Source: Nanobdellota archaeon (GTDB lineage Archaea; Nanobdellota; Nanobdellia; Woesearchaeales; JAUYGA01). From it: a DNA stretch of 32,000 bases. Below, piece by piece: positions 15,438 through 23,862 of this stretch (position 1 is the stretch's first letter; the number at the start of each line of letters is the position of its first letter). The stretch lies in NCBI GenBank assembly GCA_030690755.1, contig JAUYGA010000030.1, positions 1-32,000 of the forward strand, given 5' to 3'. The translations under genes and the position numbers were made by a program. The notes under the pieces are model-generated. The model did no database searches, was not told the origin of the DNA, and saw only the letters and a program-made list of their open reading frames with translations.

Positions 15438-16151
15438 TTAGTTTATTTCTTTCTTCTTTTTCCCTGAATTCTTCTCTTTTTTAAAAAGATAAAATGAATA
15501 TCCGAATGAGAAAATGACTATTGCAAATATCGGAACTAAAACAAATATCATGCTGATTGCGCTGTTTTCGGGAGCAAAAAAGCTGAGGAGCATCATGAAG
15601 GCAGCAAGCATAAAAAGGAAACTGCCAAGCCTGTGCGTTTTGTTCCAGACTGTTTCAGAAGCAAGTGTCCATGGCGTCCTTATGCCGATGAAATAATTTC
15701 TTTTTATGCTTCTTAATGTGTAACCTAGATAAAAGAACAGCAAAGATATGAGGACAATCACAAACTTGCCCATCTCGAATTTATTGCCTAAAGCCTGCAT
15801 TATCATCCCAGTATAGATTGCGAACATGAATGCAACCATTGCAAGCTTGATTCCATAAAGGTGCTTGAATTCCTCAATGTTTTTCCGGTAAGGGTCGAAA
15901 TATTTGATTACCGAAAGAATTATGTAAATTGTAAGGGCTATTAATGGTAGTCCGAAAAGAGCAAATGTCTTTGGTCCATAATTGTCAATTTCTCCTTTAA
16001 AATTCCAGTGTGTAGGAATCTTGTCTGGCAGGGTTGGGTAAACATATATGCCGATGATTATCATTAAAAGGATTATTGCAATCGGAATTATCTCTTTTAC
16101 AATTTTTGTTATTTTTGTTAGCGGTTTCGTTTGGTTATCTTGTTTGGTCAT
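15438..16151 (-). CDS. SdpI/DUF1648-family membrane protein
   Basis: The N-terminal motif LPDKIPTHWNFKGEIDNYG is typical of DUF1648. Multiple TM segments follow. Confidence 0.6.
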   Translation of the reverse strand: MTKQDNQTKPLTKITKIVKEIIPIAIILLMIIIGIYVYPTLPDKIPTHWNFKGEIDNYGPKTFALFGLPLIALTIYIILSVIKYFDPYRKNIEEFKHLYGIKLAMVAFMFAIYTGMIMQALGNKFEMGKFVIVLISLLFFYLGYTLRSIKRNYFIGIRTPWTLASETVWNKTHRLGSFLFMLAAFMMLLSFFAPENSAISMIFVLVPIFAIVIFSFGYSFYLFKKEKNSGKKKKEIN

Positions 16152-16291
16152 ATGGATATTGAGGTTTTTGAGTTATATAAAACTTTCTGAGCTGCTAAAT
16201 AAATATTTGACTCTTAATGAGGTTTTCATGAGGTTTTTCACCAAAACCATTAAAAATCAGCGTCTATTATTATAACTAAAACATAGCTAAA

Positions 16292-18913
16292 ATGATACAA
16301 TTTTACCCGCTAGATGTTACATACAAGGAACATGAAGGAAAGGCCGTAATCTATCTATTTGGCAGAACGTCTTCTGGAGAGCAGATCCTTGTTTTGGACA
16401 GGAATTTTGAGCCTTATTTTTATGTTCTTTTGAAGCAGAATGCTGATGTCGACCAGTTAAGAAATAATTTTAAAAAAATCAAGATAGAAAGCGATAAGGA
16501 AACTGCTGGCGCAAAGGATTTTGTTTTTGTCACAAAAACCGAAATTGTTGAAAAGCTTTATTTTGGGAAAAAAGTCCAGGCGATAAGAGTCTATTCAAAC
16601 CTGCCAAGGTCTGTTCCTGTTCTGAGGGATTTTTTGAAACAGCAGCCTGATGTCAGCGTTGTTCTGGAAGCAGACATACAATTCACAAGAAGGTATCTGA
16701 TTGACAAGAAGATAACTCCGTTGTCGCTTTGCGAGGTTGATGGTGAAGAGGGCAGCGCAAGAGCCAAGGTAAAATACATTATTGATGCAAAAAGCATAAA
16801 ACAGCTTGGCGATCAGATCATTGAAAAGCCAAGAATGCTTGCTTTTGATATAGAGACTTATTCTCCTGATAAGCGAATAATCCCTGAGCAGAATCCCATT
16901 CTTATGATTTCTTTTTATGGCGATTTTGACGCCTCAGGCGCAGGAGGAACTTCGGGAGTTGACTCAGGAAGTGGTTTTAAGAAAGTCATTACTTGGAAGA
17001 AATTCAAGACAGATTTTGATTACATCGAGTTTGTCAATAGTGAAGCAGACCTTCTTGAAAGATTCAAAGAGGTTGTCGAAGATTATAAGCCTGATTTTAT
17101 GGTAGGATATTTTTCTGATGGATTTGATCTTCCATACATAAAGACAAGGTCTGAGAAATACAAAATCAAGCTGGACATTGGTCTGGACCACTCAAACATA
17201 GAACTTGGCAAAGGAACAAAAAACACTGCGCAGATAACAGGTATAATCCATCTTGATATCTTCAAGTATGTGAGCAAAATCCTTGGAAAGACTCTTGAGA
17301 CAGAATCTTACCGTTTGGATTTGGTTGCAAATGAACTTCTTGGAGAAAGAAAATATGATGTGGATATAGGGGAGTTGCATAAGGTCTGGGACAATAAGGA
17401 TGTTTCTCCAGATGAGATTGAAAAATTCTGCATATACAATCTTCAGGATTCTGTTCTGACATTGAAACTTGCAAGAAAAGTATTGCCAAACATAATAGAA
17501 CTGGTAAAGATTATTGGCTTAACTGTTTATGATGTCAACAGGATGAGCTCTTCACAGATAGTCGAATGGTATCTGATAAATAAAGCAAAGGAGTATAATC
17601 AGCTTGTTCCTAATCGTCCTCCATACACTGAGACAAAAGAACGCTTAGAGCAGAGTTTTGAAGGCGCTTTTGTTTTTGAGCCAAAACCTGGACTTTACAA
17701 AGAGGTTGCTATTTTTGATTATCGCAGTCTATATCCTTCAATAATCAGTTCTCATAATATCTCTCCTGGGACTCTTGACTGTTCATGCTGCGAAGATGAT
17801 GGAGATTATGTTCCGACAAGTTTTCTTAATGAGGTTGTTCGTTCTGAAAAATCAGAAAAAACAGAAAAAAATGAGAAGCCAGAAAGAACAGAAAAGGAGC
17901 CTGCGCAGAAAAAGGCAAAGCATTGGTTTTGCAAGAAAAGGAAAGGTTTCATCCCGATAATAATCGAGGAGCTTATCAAGAGAAGGATGCGCATTAAGGA
18001 GATGATGAAATCAGGCGATGCTGAAAAGAATGTTTTCTTAGACGCAAGGCAGCAGACATTGAAACTGATGGCCAACTCATTTTACGGTTACCTCGGCTTT
18101 TTCGGAGCAAGATGGTATTCTATCGAATCCGCTGAAGCAGTAACTGCATACGGCAGGCATTACATCCTTAAAGTCATAAATGAAGCCCAGAAGAGAAAGT
18201 TTGTTGTCCTATACAGCGACACAGATTCTATCTTCCTGCATCTGGAAGGAAAGACATTGAAAGAGGCTCTTGATTTCAGCGAGGAGATAAATGTAGAGCT
18301 TCCAGGCATAATGGAACTGGAATTTGAAGGGGTTTTTCCTGCAGCATTATTTGTTTCTGCAAAAGAAGGAAGCTATGGCGCAAAGAAAAAATATGCCTTG
18401 CTTGACAAAAAAGGAAACATCAAAGTCAAGGGTTTTGAATCTGTAAGAAGAAACTGGAGCCTTATTGCAAAAGATTTGCAGGAAAAAGTTCTTGGGATTG
18501 TTTTAAGGGAAGGCTCTGGGAAAAAAGCCCTGGAGTATGTGAAGAGCGCAATAACTGATCTTAAAGACCATAAAGTTTCGCTCGATAAAGTCCAGATATT
18601 CACGCAGCTTCAAAAAGAAATAGAGGATTATGATTCTGTCGGTCCTCATGTACGCGTTGCAATGCGCATGAAAGCAAAAGGTATTGATGTAGGTCCTGGT
18701 TCGATAATAAGATATGTGATTACTTCTGGAAAAGAACGTATTGGCGAGAGGGCAAGGCTTGTTGAAGAGATATCGCAGAAGGACTATGATGCAGATTATT
18801 ACATAAATAACCAGGTTATTCCTGCAGTTGATAAGATTCTTGCAATATTTGGGTATAGTAAAGATGATTTTTTGAGCGAGAAAAAACAGAGCAAGCTTGA
18901 CGGATTTTTCTGA
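16292..18913 (+). CDS. polB: family-B DNA polymerase
   Basis: It has Exo I (FDIETY), motif A (DYRSLYPSII), motif B (KLMANSFYGYLG), motif C (YSDTDS) and KKKYA. No intein-like block is present. Confidence 0.9.
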   Translation: MIQFYPLDVTYKEHEGKAVIYLFGRTSSGEQILVLDRNFEPYFYVLLKQNADVDQLRNNFKKIKIESDKETAGAKDFVFVTKTEIVEKLYFGKKVQAIRVYSNLPRSVPVLRDFLKQQPDVSVVLEADIQFTRRYLIDKKITPLSLCEVDGEEGSARAKVKYIIDAKSIKQLGDQIIEKPRMLAFDIETYSPDKRIIPEQNPILMISFYGDFDASGAGGTSGVDSGSGFKKVITWKKFKTDFDYIEFVNSEADLLERFKEVVEDYKPDFMVGYFSDGFDLPYIKTRSEKYKIKLDIGLDHSNIELGKGTKNTAQITGIIHLDIFKYVSKILGKTLETESYRLDLVANELLGERKYDVDIGELHKVWDNKDVSPDEIEKFCIYNLQDSVLTLKLARKVLPNIIELVKIIGLTVYDVNRMSSSQIVEWYLINKAKEYNQLVPNRPPYTETKERLEQSFEGAFVFEPKPGLYKEVAIFDYRSLYPSIISSHNISPGTLDCSCCEDDGDYVPTSFLNEVVRSEKSEKTEKNEKPERTEKEPAQKKAKHWFCKKRKGFIPIIIEELIKRRMRIKEMMKSGDAEKNVFLDARQQTLKLMANSFYGYLGFFGARWYSIESAEAVTAYGRHYILKVINEAQKRKFVVLYSDTDSIFLHLEGKTLKEALDFSEEINVELPGIMELEFEGVFPAALFVSAKEGSYGAKKKYALLDKKGNIKVKGFESVRRNWSLIAKDLQEKVLGIVLREGSGKKALEYVKSAITDLKDHKVSLDKVQIFTQLQKEIEDYDSVGPHVRVAMRMKAKGIDVGPGSIIRYVITSGKERIGERARLVEEISQKDYDADYYINNQVIPAVDKILAIFGYSKDDFLSEKKQSKLDGFF

Positions 18914-18937
18914 GAATGAGTTGTTATTTGCAGTTAT

Positions 18938-19510
18938 TTAATCTGACTTTATTTGAGTAGTTTGTTCATTTTGCGCATCAAAGCTTCTTGGGATATAATC
19001 TCTGTCTGCTGCAAAATTTAGGGATTTCATAAAGAATTCTTGGAATGTGTCTGCTATATCTTCTATGTCTCTGGGATCATTCTTTGCTGCGTGGATTCCT
19101 TCATTTATTTTCATTGCAGCAAGATGCTTTGTTCTTCTAGTAGTTATAGCATAATCATGATGTGTCAGATATTCATCAATTTCAGATCCATAAAAAAGGC
19201 GTAGTTGTTTAAGAACTTGGATCTGGCTGGCTGTTCCTATGCCTTTTCTTTCTGCAGCTGTGAAACTATCATGATTAACTGCGTCCATAGGATAGAAATC
19301 GCCGAAGACAATCTGTTTTTTATCATGGTTGACATAGATTAGTGTATGTCCGATTAAGTGCTTGTTATCCTTTTCAACATCATTTATGTGGAAGTTAAAA
19401 TAATCTGCATATCGTCCACCAGTCGTTCCAAAATGAGATTCAATTATGCATTCCACAAAATGCGCAGGATTCTGTTTTACAATATCTGATAGTTCATTGA
19501 AGTTAACCAT
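18938..19510 (-). CDS. hypothetical protein (190 aa)
   Basis: This is an ORF-track entry. A weak RKGIGTASQ segment resembles GNAT motif A but is not enough for a call. Confidence 0.4.
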   Translation of the reverse strand: MVNFNELSDIVKQNPAHFVECIIESHFGTTGGRYADYFNFHINDVEKDNKHLIGHTLIYVNHDKKQIVFGDFYPMDAVNHDSFTAAERKGIGTASQIQVLKQLRLFYGSEIDEYLTHHDYAITTRRTKHLAAMKINEGIHAAKNDPRDIEDIADTFQEFFMKSLNFAADRDYIPRSFDAQNEQTTQIKSD

Positions 19511-19794
19511 TTCATTCCCTCTGTGTGTTATGCATCTTGTTTTATTAATTTCATATTTTTACCACTTACTTGTAGTTAATTTATAAATATTTCTTTATTC
19601 TGTTTGAGCCTTTGAAAAACAGGCATAAAATAAGATGAACTTAAAAATCTAGTGAATCTGCCCCAAGTATATACCTCATATACTAAAGATATAAATGTTC
19701 CATAAACTATGCTATAGCAAAGTAAAAGACTACTTAGAAATCTAGAATTTTAAAACATAAATGACTGAATATAAAGAGTAACTCTGAAACTAAA

Positions 19795-19938
19795 ATGCTG
19801 AATATATTCAATAATCTGGAATACCTGGAGCCGAGATGCCCAAAATGCGGAATTGTCCTAGATTATGATGGAAACACAAAATACGAAGAAAAACACAAGG
19901 CCCACGTCTGCTGCCATTGCGGCGTTGTTCTGAAATGA
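19795..19938 (+). CDS. small zinc-ribbon protein (47 aa), not in the ORF track
   Basis: My translation is MLNIFNNLEYLEPRCPKCGIVLDYDGNTKYEEKHKAHVCCHCGVVLK. It has two Cys pairs (CPKC ... CCHC) with typical zinc-ribbon spacing. Confidence 0.45.
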   Translation: MLNIFNNLEYLEPRCPKCGIVLDYDGNTKYEEKHKAHVCCHCGVVLK

Positions 19939-20002
19939 ATGTTGTTCTAATTTTTTTTGTAGGGTAGCTAATAATTCTGGCTTTAACTTTTTTATTCTAA
20001 CT

Positions 20003-20104
20003 GCGGCAAGAATAATGGCGGCAGACGGACATTTTCTACTGAAAATGTCCTACGCGACACTCCGTAGGAGCCATCCCTCGTCGCGTCTGCGCCATTGTTG
20101 CCGC
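20003..20104 (+). ncRNA. GC-rich structured element, copy B (same family as 12469-12613)
   Basis: It has a terminal stem (GCGGCAA..AATGGCG-G-CAGACG pairing with CGTCTG-CGCCATT-GTTGCCGC). A perfect 10-bp hairpin spans 20027-20050, and a second hairpin (CTCC-GTA-GGAG) spans 20060-20070. Confidence 0.6.
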
Positions 20105-20139
20105 ATGTGAAAATTATAGATTATGAAAAATCCAACTCT

Positions 20140-20219
20140 GGCGGCGGCGAGCCGGGGGACGTCCCTTACGGGGTGGCGAGCAGGGCAAATTTACAAAGTA
20201 AATTTGACCGTCGCCTGCC
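20140..20219 (-). ncRNA. GC-rich structured element, copy C (inverted relative to A and B; lacks the outermost stem)
   Basis: Its reverse complement aligns with the cores of A and B (GACGG - AT-rich hairpin - CCTGCTCG - short GC hairpin - CTCGCCG). The hairpins are at 20184-20209 and 20163-20172, and the second has a GUAA loop on the minus strand. Confidence 0.55.
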
Positions 20220-20298
20220 AGAAGTAGATGGATTTTTTAAATATCCCTTAAGAAAGATAGATTTGCGATGGGTTTTTATTATTTTGACTATTCCTTTA

Positions 20299-20322
20299 TT
20301 TTGCGCCGATGATGACGTTATC
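20299..20322 (+). repeat. 24-nt exact direct repeat copy 1 (contains a C-box AUGAUGA); second copy at 20459-20482
   Basis: ttttgcgccgatgatgacgttatc is identical at both sites, exactly 160 bp apart. Confidence 0.9.
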
Positions 20323-20462
20323 AACCCCTAACTTTTACGAAAAGTTAGGACCAAAAGAGGTCAGGCATAAAGCCTGACTACGCTCTTTGAAAGTAGCTTT
20401 GATGCGAGCGGTTTTTAATTCTTTCTCGATGGTTTTTTAAAAGAAAATGCAATATTACTTTT

Positions 20463-20526
20463 GCGCCGATGATGACGTTATCCCCGCGATGGTTTAGTCC
20501 ATCGATAAGATAACTTACTGAGGCGC
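20463..20526 (+). ncRNA. C/D-box-like K-turn hairpin RNA candidate
   Basis: 5' GCGCC pairs with 3' GGCGC. The C box AUGAUGA (20469-20475) faces the D box CUGA (20518-20521). Inner stems are GUUAUC/GAUAAC and CGAUGG/CCAUCG. Confidence 0.55.
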
Positions 20527-20690
20527 GCTTAAATTCAGTTTTTTTAAGTCATTTAAATTGCAAACAATAGTTCACAATTTAAGCATCATCCCAGACTTCA
20601 TCGTCTTTGTTATCCCAGAGCTCTTTCATTTTCTGCTGCTGAACTCTATGTAGAAATTTGTCGTATTGACTGCTTTTTTTTATCAGCATT

Positions 20691-22082
20691 TTATTTCTCT
20701 TTAATGAATCCGTATCCAATCAGTCTGAATCTTGTTCCGACTCTTCTGGAGATTGTTACTCTTGCGCCGATGTCTGCGCATACCGGTATCTTAAGCTTGC
20801 AGTGGAACTTGTTTTTTCCGAGAGAATCGACTATTCCTACAGTCGCGGATGAATTGACATTCAACATTAAAGGTTCGCCAAGTTTTATCGGTTCTACATC
20901 AAGCTCTTTATCAGATCCGACAACTCTCTTGAGAAGGTGCGGCTGCATTGTTAGCTCGTACCAAATCTCTGGCAATTTTCCTGGCAGGCCTACGATTGCT
21001 CCGCTTAATGTATCAGCTTTTACAATGCCTGGATCAAGCTGTGTCAGTATCCCGACTGATCCGCCTGGATGAATCTGATTTACTTTGACGTTTCCTGTGA
21101 TGGCGCTGACTATTTTTGTTTTTATTGGTATCCATACTTTTCTGTTTTTCTCTTCAATTTCTCGTCCAGGTTTTATTTCGATTTCATCTCCGACTTTCAG
21201 TATTCCTTGCTTTAATGATCCTCCAAGGACGCCGCCGACAATCTTTTCAGGTGAAGAACCTGGTTTGTTGATATCAAATGATCTTGCCACAAACATGATT
21301 GGTGTTTTTGTGTTGTCTCTTTCTGGCGTAGGTATTTGCTTTTGTATTGCCATTATCAATGCATCGATGTTTATTGTGTGCTGGGCAGAAATTGGTATGA
21401 TTGGAGCGTTTTCATAGCTTGTCCCTTTAAGGAAGGATTTTATCTGCTGATAGCTTCTTTGCGCCTGCTCTTTTGGGACTAGGTCTATCTTGTTTTGGAC
21501 AACAATTATTTTTTTTATTCCGACAATCTCTAAAGCTGTCAGATGTTCCCGTGTTTGAGGTTGCGGGCAGAATTCGTTTGCTGCTACGAGAAGCAAGGCG
21601 CCGTCCATTATGTTTGCGCCAGACAACATTGTCGCCATAAGTGATTCGTGCCCAGGCGCGTCGATGAATGATACTTTTCTTTGAGGAACTGCAGCTGCTC
21701 CGCATTTTGGGCATTCTTTTTTTGCGCAGTAGCATTCTGGCTCTTCGCAGTTCGGGCATTTATAGATTACAGCGTCAGCATATCCCAGTCTTATTGTGAT
21801 TCCTCTCTTGATTTCTTCAGAATGCGTGTCAGTCCATTTGCCTGAAAGTTTTTCTGTCAGCGTTGTCTTCCCATGATCTACATGTCCGACAAAACCAATG
21901 CTTACTTCTGGCTGAGAACTCTCTATTTCATTGCCGCTTGCCTCTTCTAGAACAAAGTCTTTTTTCTTGGCAGCGGTTGCAGTTGTTTTCGGCTTTTGTT
22001 TCTTCTCTTTAACGCTTTTAACTTTTGCATCTGTTGATTCGTCAACTTTTTCTATTTTTTCAGTTTCCTTTTTCTTAGCCAT
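20691..22082 (-). CDS. translation initiation factor aIF2 gamma subunit, with a Lys-rich N-terminal extension
   Basis: It has a G1 motif ([10 protein letters not shown]), DAPGHE, NKIDL and a zinc knuckle ([20 protein letters not shown]). I prefer the start at MAKKK (22082) because tttataaa (22108-22115) lies about 29 nt upstream. The ORF track extends the ORF to 22124. Confidence 0.9.
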   Translation of the reverse strand: MAKKKETEKIEKVDESTDAKVKSVKEKKQKPKTTATAAKKKDFVLEEASGNEIESSQPEVSIGFVGHVDHGKTTLTEKLSGKWTDTHSEEIKRGITIRLGYADAVIYKCPNCEEPECYCAKKECPKCGAAAVPQRKVSFIDAPGHESLMATMLSGANIMDGALLLVAANEFCPQPQTREHLTALEIVGIKKIIVVQNKIDLVPKEQAQRSYQQIKSFLKGTSYENAPIIPISAQHTINIDALIMAIQKQIPTPERDNTKTPIMFVARSFDINKPGSSPEKIVGGVLGGSLKQGILKVGDEIEIKPGREIEEKNRKVWIPIKTKIVSAITGNVKVNQIHPGGSVGILTQLDPGIVKADTLSGAIVGLPGKLPEIWYELTMQPHLLKRVVGSDKELDVEPIKLGEPLMLNVNSSATVGIVDSLGKNKFHCKLKIPVCADIGARVTISRRVGTRFRLIGYGFIKEK

Positions 22083-22140
22083 AGTTATTAACAAAAAGTC
22101 GAATGAGTTTATAAATTTAAACAATCAACAGAGAATAGTA

Positions 22141-22545
22141 TTACTTTTTCTTCTCTTCTGTCTTTTCTTTAGCGACCAGCTTTTCTCTGCCTTCTTTTAA
22201 TATCTTAACATTGACTTCTGCAGTTTTTTCATATATTGTGTTTCCTGCAACAGTCTTTAGAACTCTTAAACCTTTTCTCTTGTTTCTTCTCAGACCTATT
22301 CCTTTTACTATAGGTATTTTTTTCCTGACACTTCCTCTGACGTCTTTTCTCATAGGAAATCCTGCAATGTCAGATCCGCCGGTTATCTCAAATTCATATC
22401 CTGGAAGATCAACTGATTCTCCTTTGAAAGTCTGACCTATCTTAAGTCCGTTAATGCTGCTTGCATTCGGTTCTTTTACGTCCTTCAGATAGCTCTGTCC
22501 TGTTTTTGGATTGCTTATGACAAGTTTGAATTCCATTTTTTGCAC
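22141..22545 (-). CDS. rps6e: 30S ribosomal protein S6e
   Basis: It has the hallmarks FKLVISNPKTGQSY...GYEFEITGGSDIAGFPMRKDV. Confidence 0.9.
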   Translation of the reverse strand: MQKMEFKLVISNPKTGQSYLKDVKEPNASSINGLKIGQTFKGESVDLPGYEFEITGGSDIAGFPMRKDVRGSVRKKIPIVKGIGLRRNKRKGLRVLKTVAGNTIYEKTAEVNVKILKEGREKLVAKEKTEEKKK

Positions 22546-22593
22546 CTATTATTCATATCTCGCGCTTTTATTAGTTGATTATTGACAATTATT

Positions 22594-23169
22594 TTATGGT
22601 CTTTGTCTTTTGACTTCTGCAAAGATTTTTCTCTCAACAGTCTTTTCTGTTTTCTTTTCAGTGTTGACTTTTGTTGATGATTTTTCTTTCTTGTGATGAG
22701 GCTCGTTCTTTGTCAAGTTCATCTCTTCTTTCTCGACTTCTTTAGCTTTATCAAGATGCTCTTTGATCTCTTCTTCCTTCTTTTCAATAGCTTCATCAAC
22801 TTTCTCTTCTGCATCTGTTTTAGCGTGTTTTTCCTTTGCCGGTCTTTTTGCTTCCTGCTTTTTCTCGGTAGCAGGCGCTCCGACAAGTTCTAATTTTAAT
22901 GAACCATCAGCGAATTTTACAGCGTCAACCTTGACATGATGAGGGATGTTTTTCATGCTTCTTTCCCAAATCTTTAAGTTAAGGTATTTTCCAATCTTGA
23001 TTTTGTCTTGTTCGACTTTCATGTGTCTTGCCATGAAGTCTCTTATCGCTCTCATTGCTCTTTTGGCCCTTCTATATCTAGGGACCTGTTCAGTGAGCTT
23101 TCTAAGAGGGATATTGTAAACTCTCTGGAGTTTGATTTCAGCGCTTTCCTTTTTCTTTTCTTTAGCCAT
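22594..23169 (-). CDS. rpl31e: 50S ribosomal protein L31e with a long K/E-rich C-terminal tail
   Basis: The L31e core is RVYNIPLRK...RRAKRAMRAIRDFMARHMK...IKIGKYLNLKIWERS. About 90 extra low-complexity residues follow. Confidence 0.8.
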   Translation of the reverse strand: MAKEKKKESAEIKLQRVYNIPLRKLTEQVPRYRRAKRAMRAIRDFMARHMKVEQDKIKIGKYLNLKIWERSMKNIPHHVKVDAVKFADGSLKLELVGAPATEKKQEAKRPAKEKHAKTDAEEKVDEAIEKKEEEIKEHLDKAKEVEKEEMNLTKNEPHHKKEKSSTKVNTEKKTEKTVERKIFAEVKRQRP

Positions 23170-23232
23170 TTTTGCGTTCTCTTGTTAAATTGATTTTTGT
23201 TGATTTAATTAAAATAATTAAATAAAATACGT

Positions 23233-23406
23233 TTAAACCTTTAGTTTAGTCCTTCTCCAGCTTCTCTTAACTGCTGTGTGTCTTCCTGGGTGAACCTTTT
23301 TCCCTTTGCCGTATTTCTTAGGGACAGTCCAAAAAGGAGCCCATCTGGTCTGCTTGTTTTTCTTGACAAGCCTTTGTTTTCTTGAAGGATTTTTGTATCG
23401 CGCCAT
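23233..23406 (-). CDS. rpl39e: 50S ribosomal protein L39e (57 aa), not in the ORF track
   Basis: My translation is MARYKNPSRKQRLVKKNKQTRWAPFWTVPKKYGKGKKVHPGRHTAVKRSWRRTKLKV. It has the characteristic RW.P.W and HWRRTKLKV-like ending, and it lies in the expected S19e-L39e-L31e neighbourhood. Confidence 0.85.
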   Translation of the reverse strand: MARYKNPSRKQRLVKKNKQTRWAPFWTVPKKYGKGKKVHPGRHTAVKRSWRRTKLKV

Positions 23407-23517
23407 TTTTTTGAGTTTGTCTTTTTTATTTTTTTTGTTTGTCTTTTTTATTTTTTTTAAATGATTGTTATTTTTTTGGTTATGTTTTATTTATGTTCTT
23501 TAAATTGTTTATTTTTG

Positions 23518-23862
23518 TTATCTTCTTGTTATGCTTATATCTCTCTTCTTAGGCAGGAATTCTCGAAGTAATGACTTGAGCTGCTCGTCTGTTACCATTT
23601 TCAGTTTTCCGCTTTGTATGCCTTGCGACATGACCAGCAGAACCTTGACAGCCTGTTCCGGATGCGCCAGTCTCAGATTGGAATAGCGTTGCAATGCTTC
23701 TTTTGAAAAATATGGTTTGACCATACTTTCCATCTTCTCAACCTGCTGCATGAAAGCAGCTTCCTCATTTGCCTGAGATGATTGTGATTGATTTTGTCTT
23801 GCTTGGATTTCTGCGATTTTTCTTTTTCTTATCTCATCCAATTCAGACATTTTATTCTTCAC
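23518..23862 (-). CDS. PDCD5/TFAR19-like double-stranded DNA-binding protein
   Basis: The pattern is typical of the archaeal family that sits between S19e and L39e: RKRKIAEIQ...ALQRYSNLRLAHPEQAVKV...GKL...VTDEQLKSLL. Confidence 0.75.
   Translation of the reverse strand: MKNKMSELDEIRKRKIAEIQARQNQSQSSQANEEAAFMQQVEKMESMVKPYFSKEALQRYSNLRLAHPEQAVKVLLVMSQGIQSGKLKMVTDEQLKSLLREFLPKKRDISITRR

Noticed and set aside
17775-17960. The PolB insertion considered as an intein or mobile insertion.
   Set aside because: The extra segment is about 30 aa of K/E/S low complexity. It has no intein splice-junction residues or endonuclease motifs, and the reading frame and flanking polymerase motifs are continuous.
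20095-20331. A 78-aa ORF from the track, lying in the non-coding island.
   Set aside because: It runs through GC-rich element C and the C-box repeat. Its sequence (GGGEPGDVPYGVASRANL...) reflects the GC-rich stems rather than a protein-like composition, and there is no start context. I treated it as spurious.
20299-20482. The 24-nt exact repeat considered as a CRISPR array.
   Set aside because: There are only two copies, with 136 nt between them. The repeat contains a C box and is part of a hairpin RNA, and there are no cas genes or further repeats.
19980-20530. The GC-rich island considered as RNase P RNA, SRP (7S) RNA or 5S rRNA.
   Set aside because: I could not find the universal RNase P P4 sequence (GAGGAAAGUCC), the SRP helix-8 GGAA/AGCA motif or 5S loop signatures. 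A homologous element also occurs at a separate locus (12469-12613), which single-copy housekeeping RNAs would not do. A covariance search is still needed.
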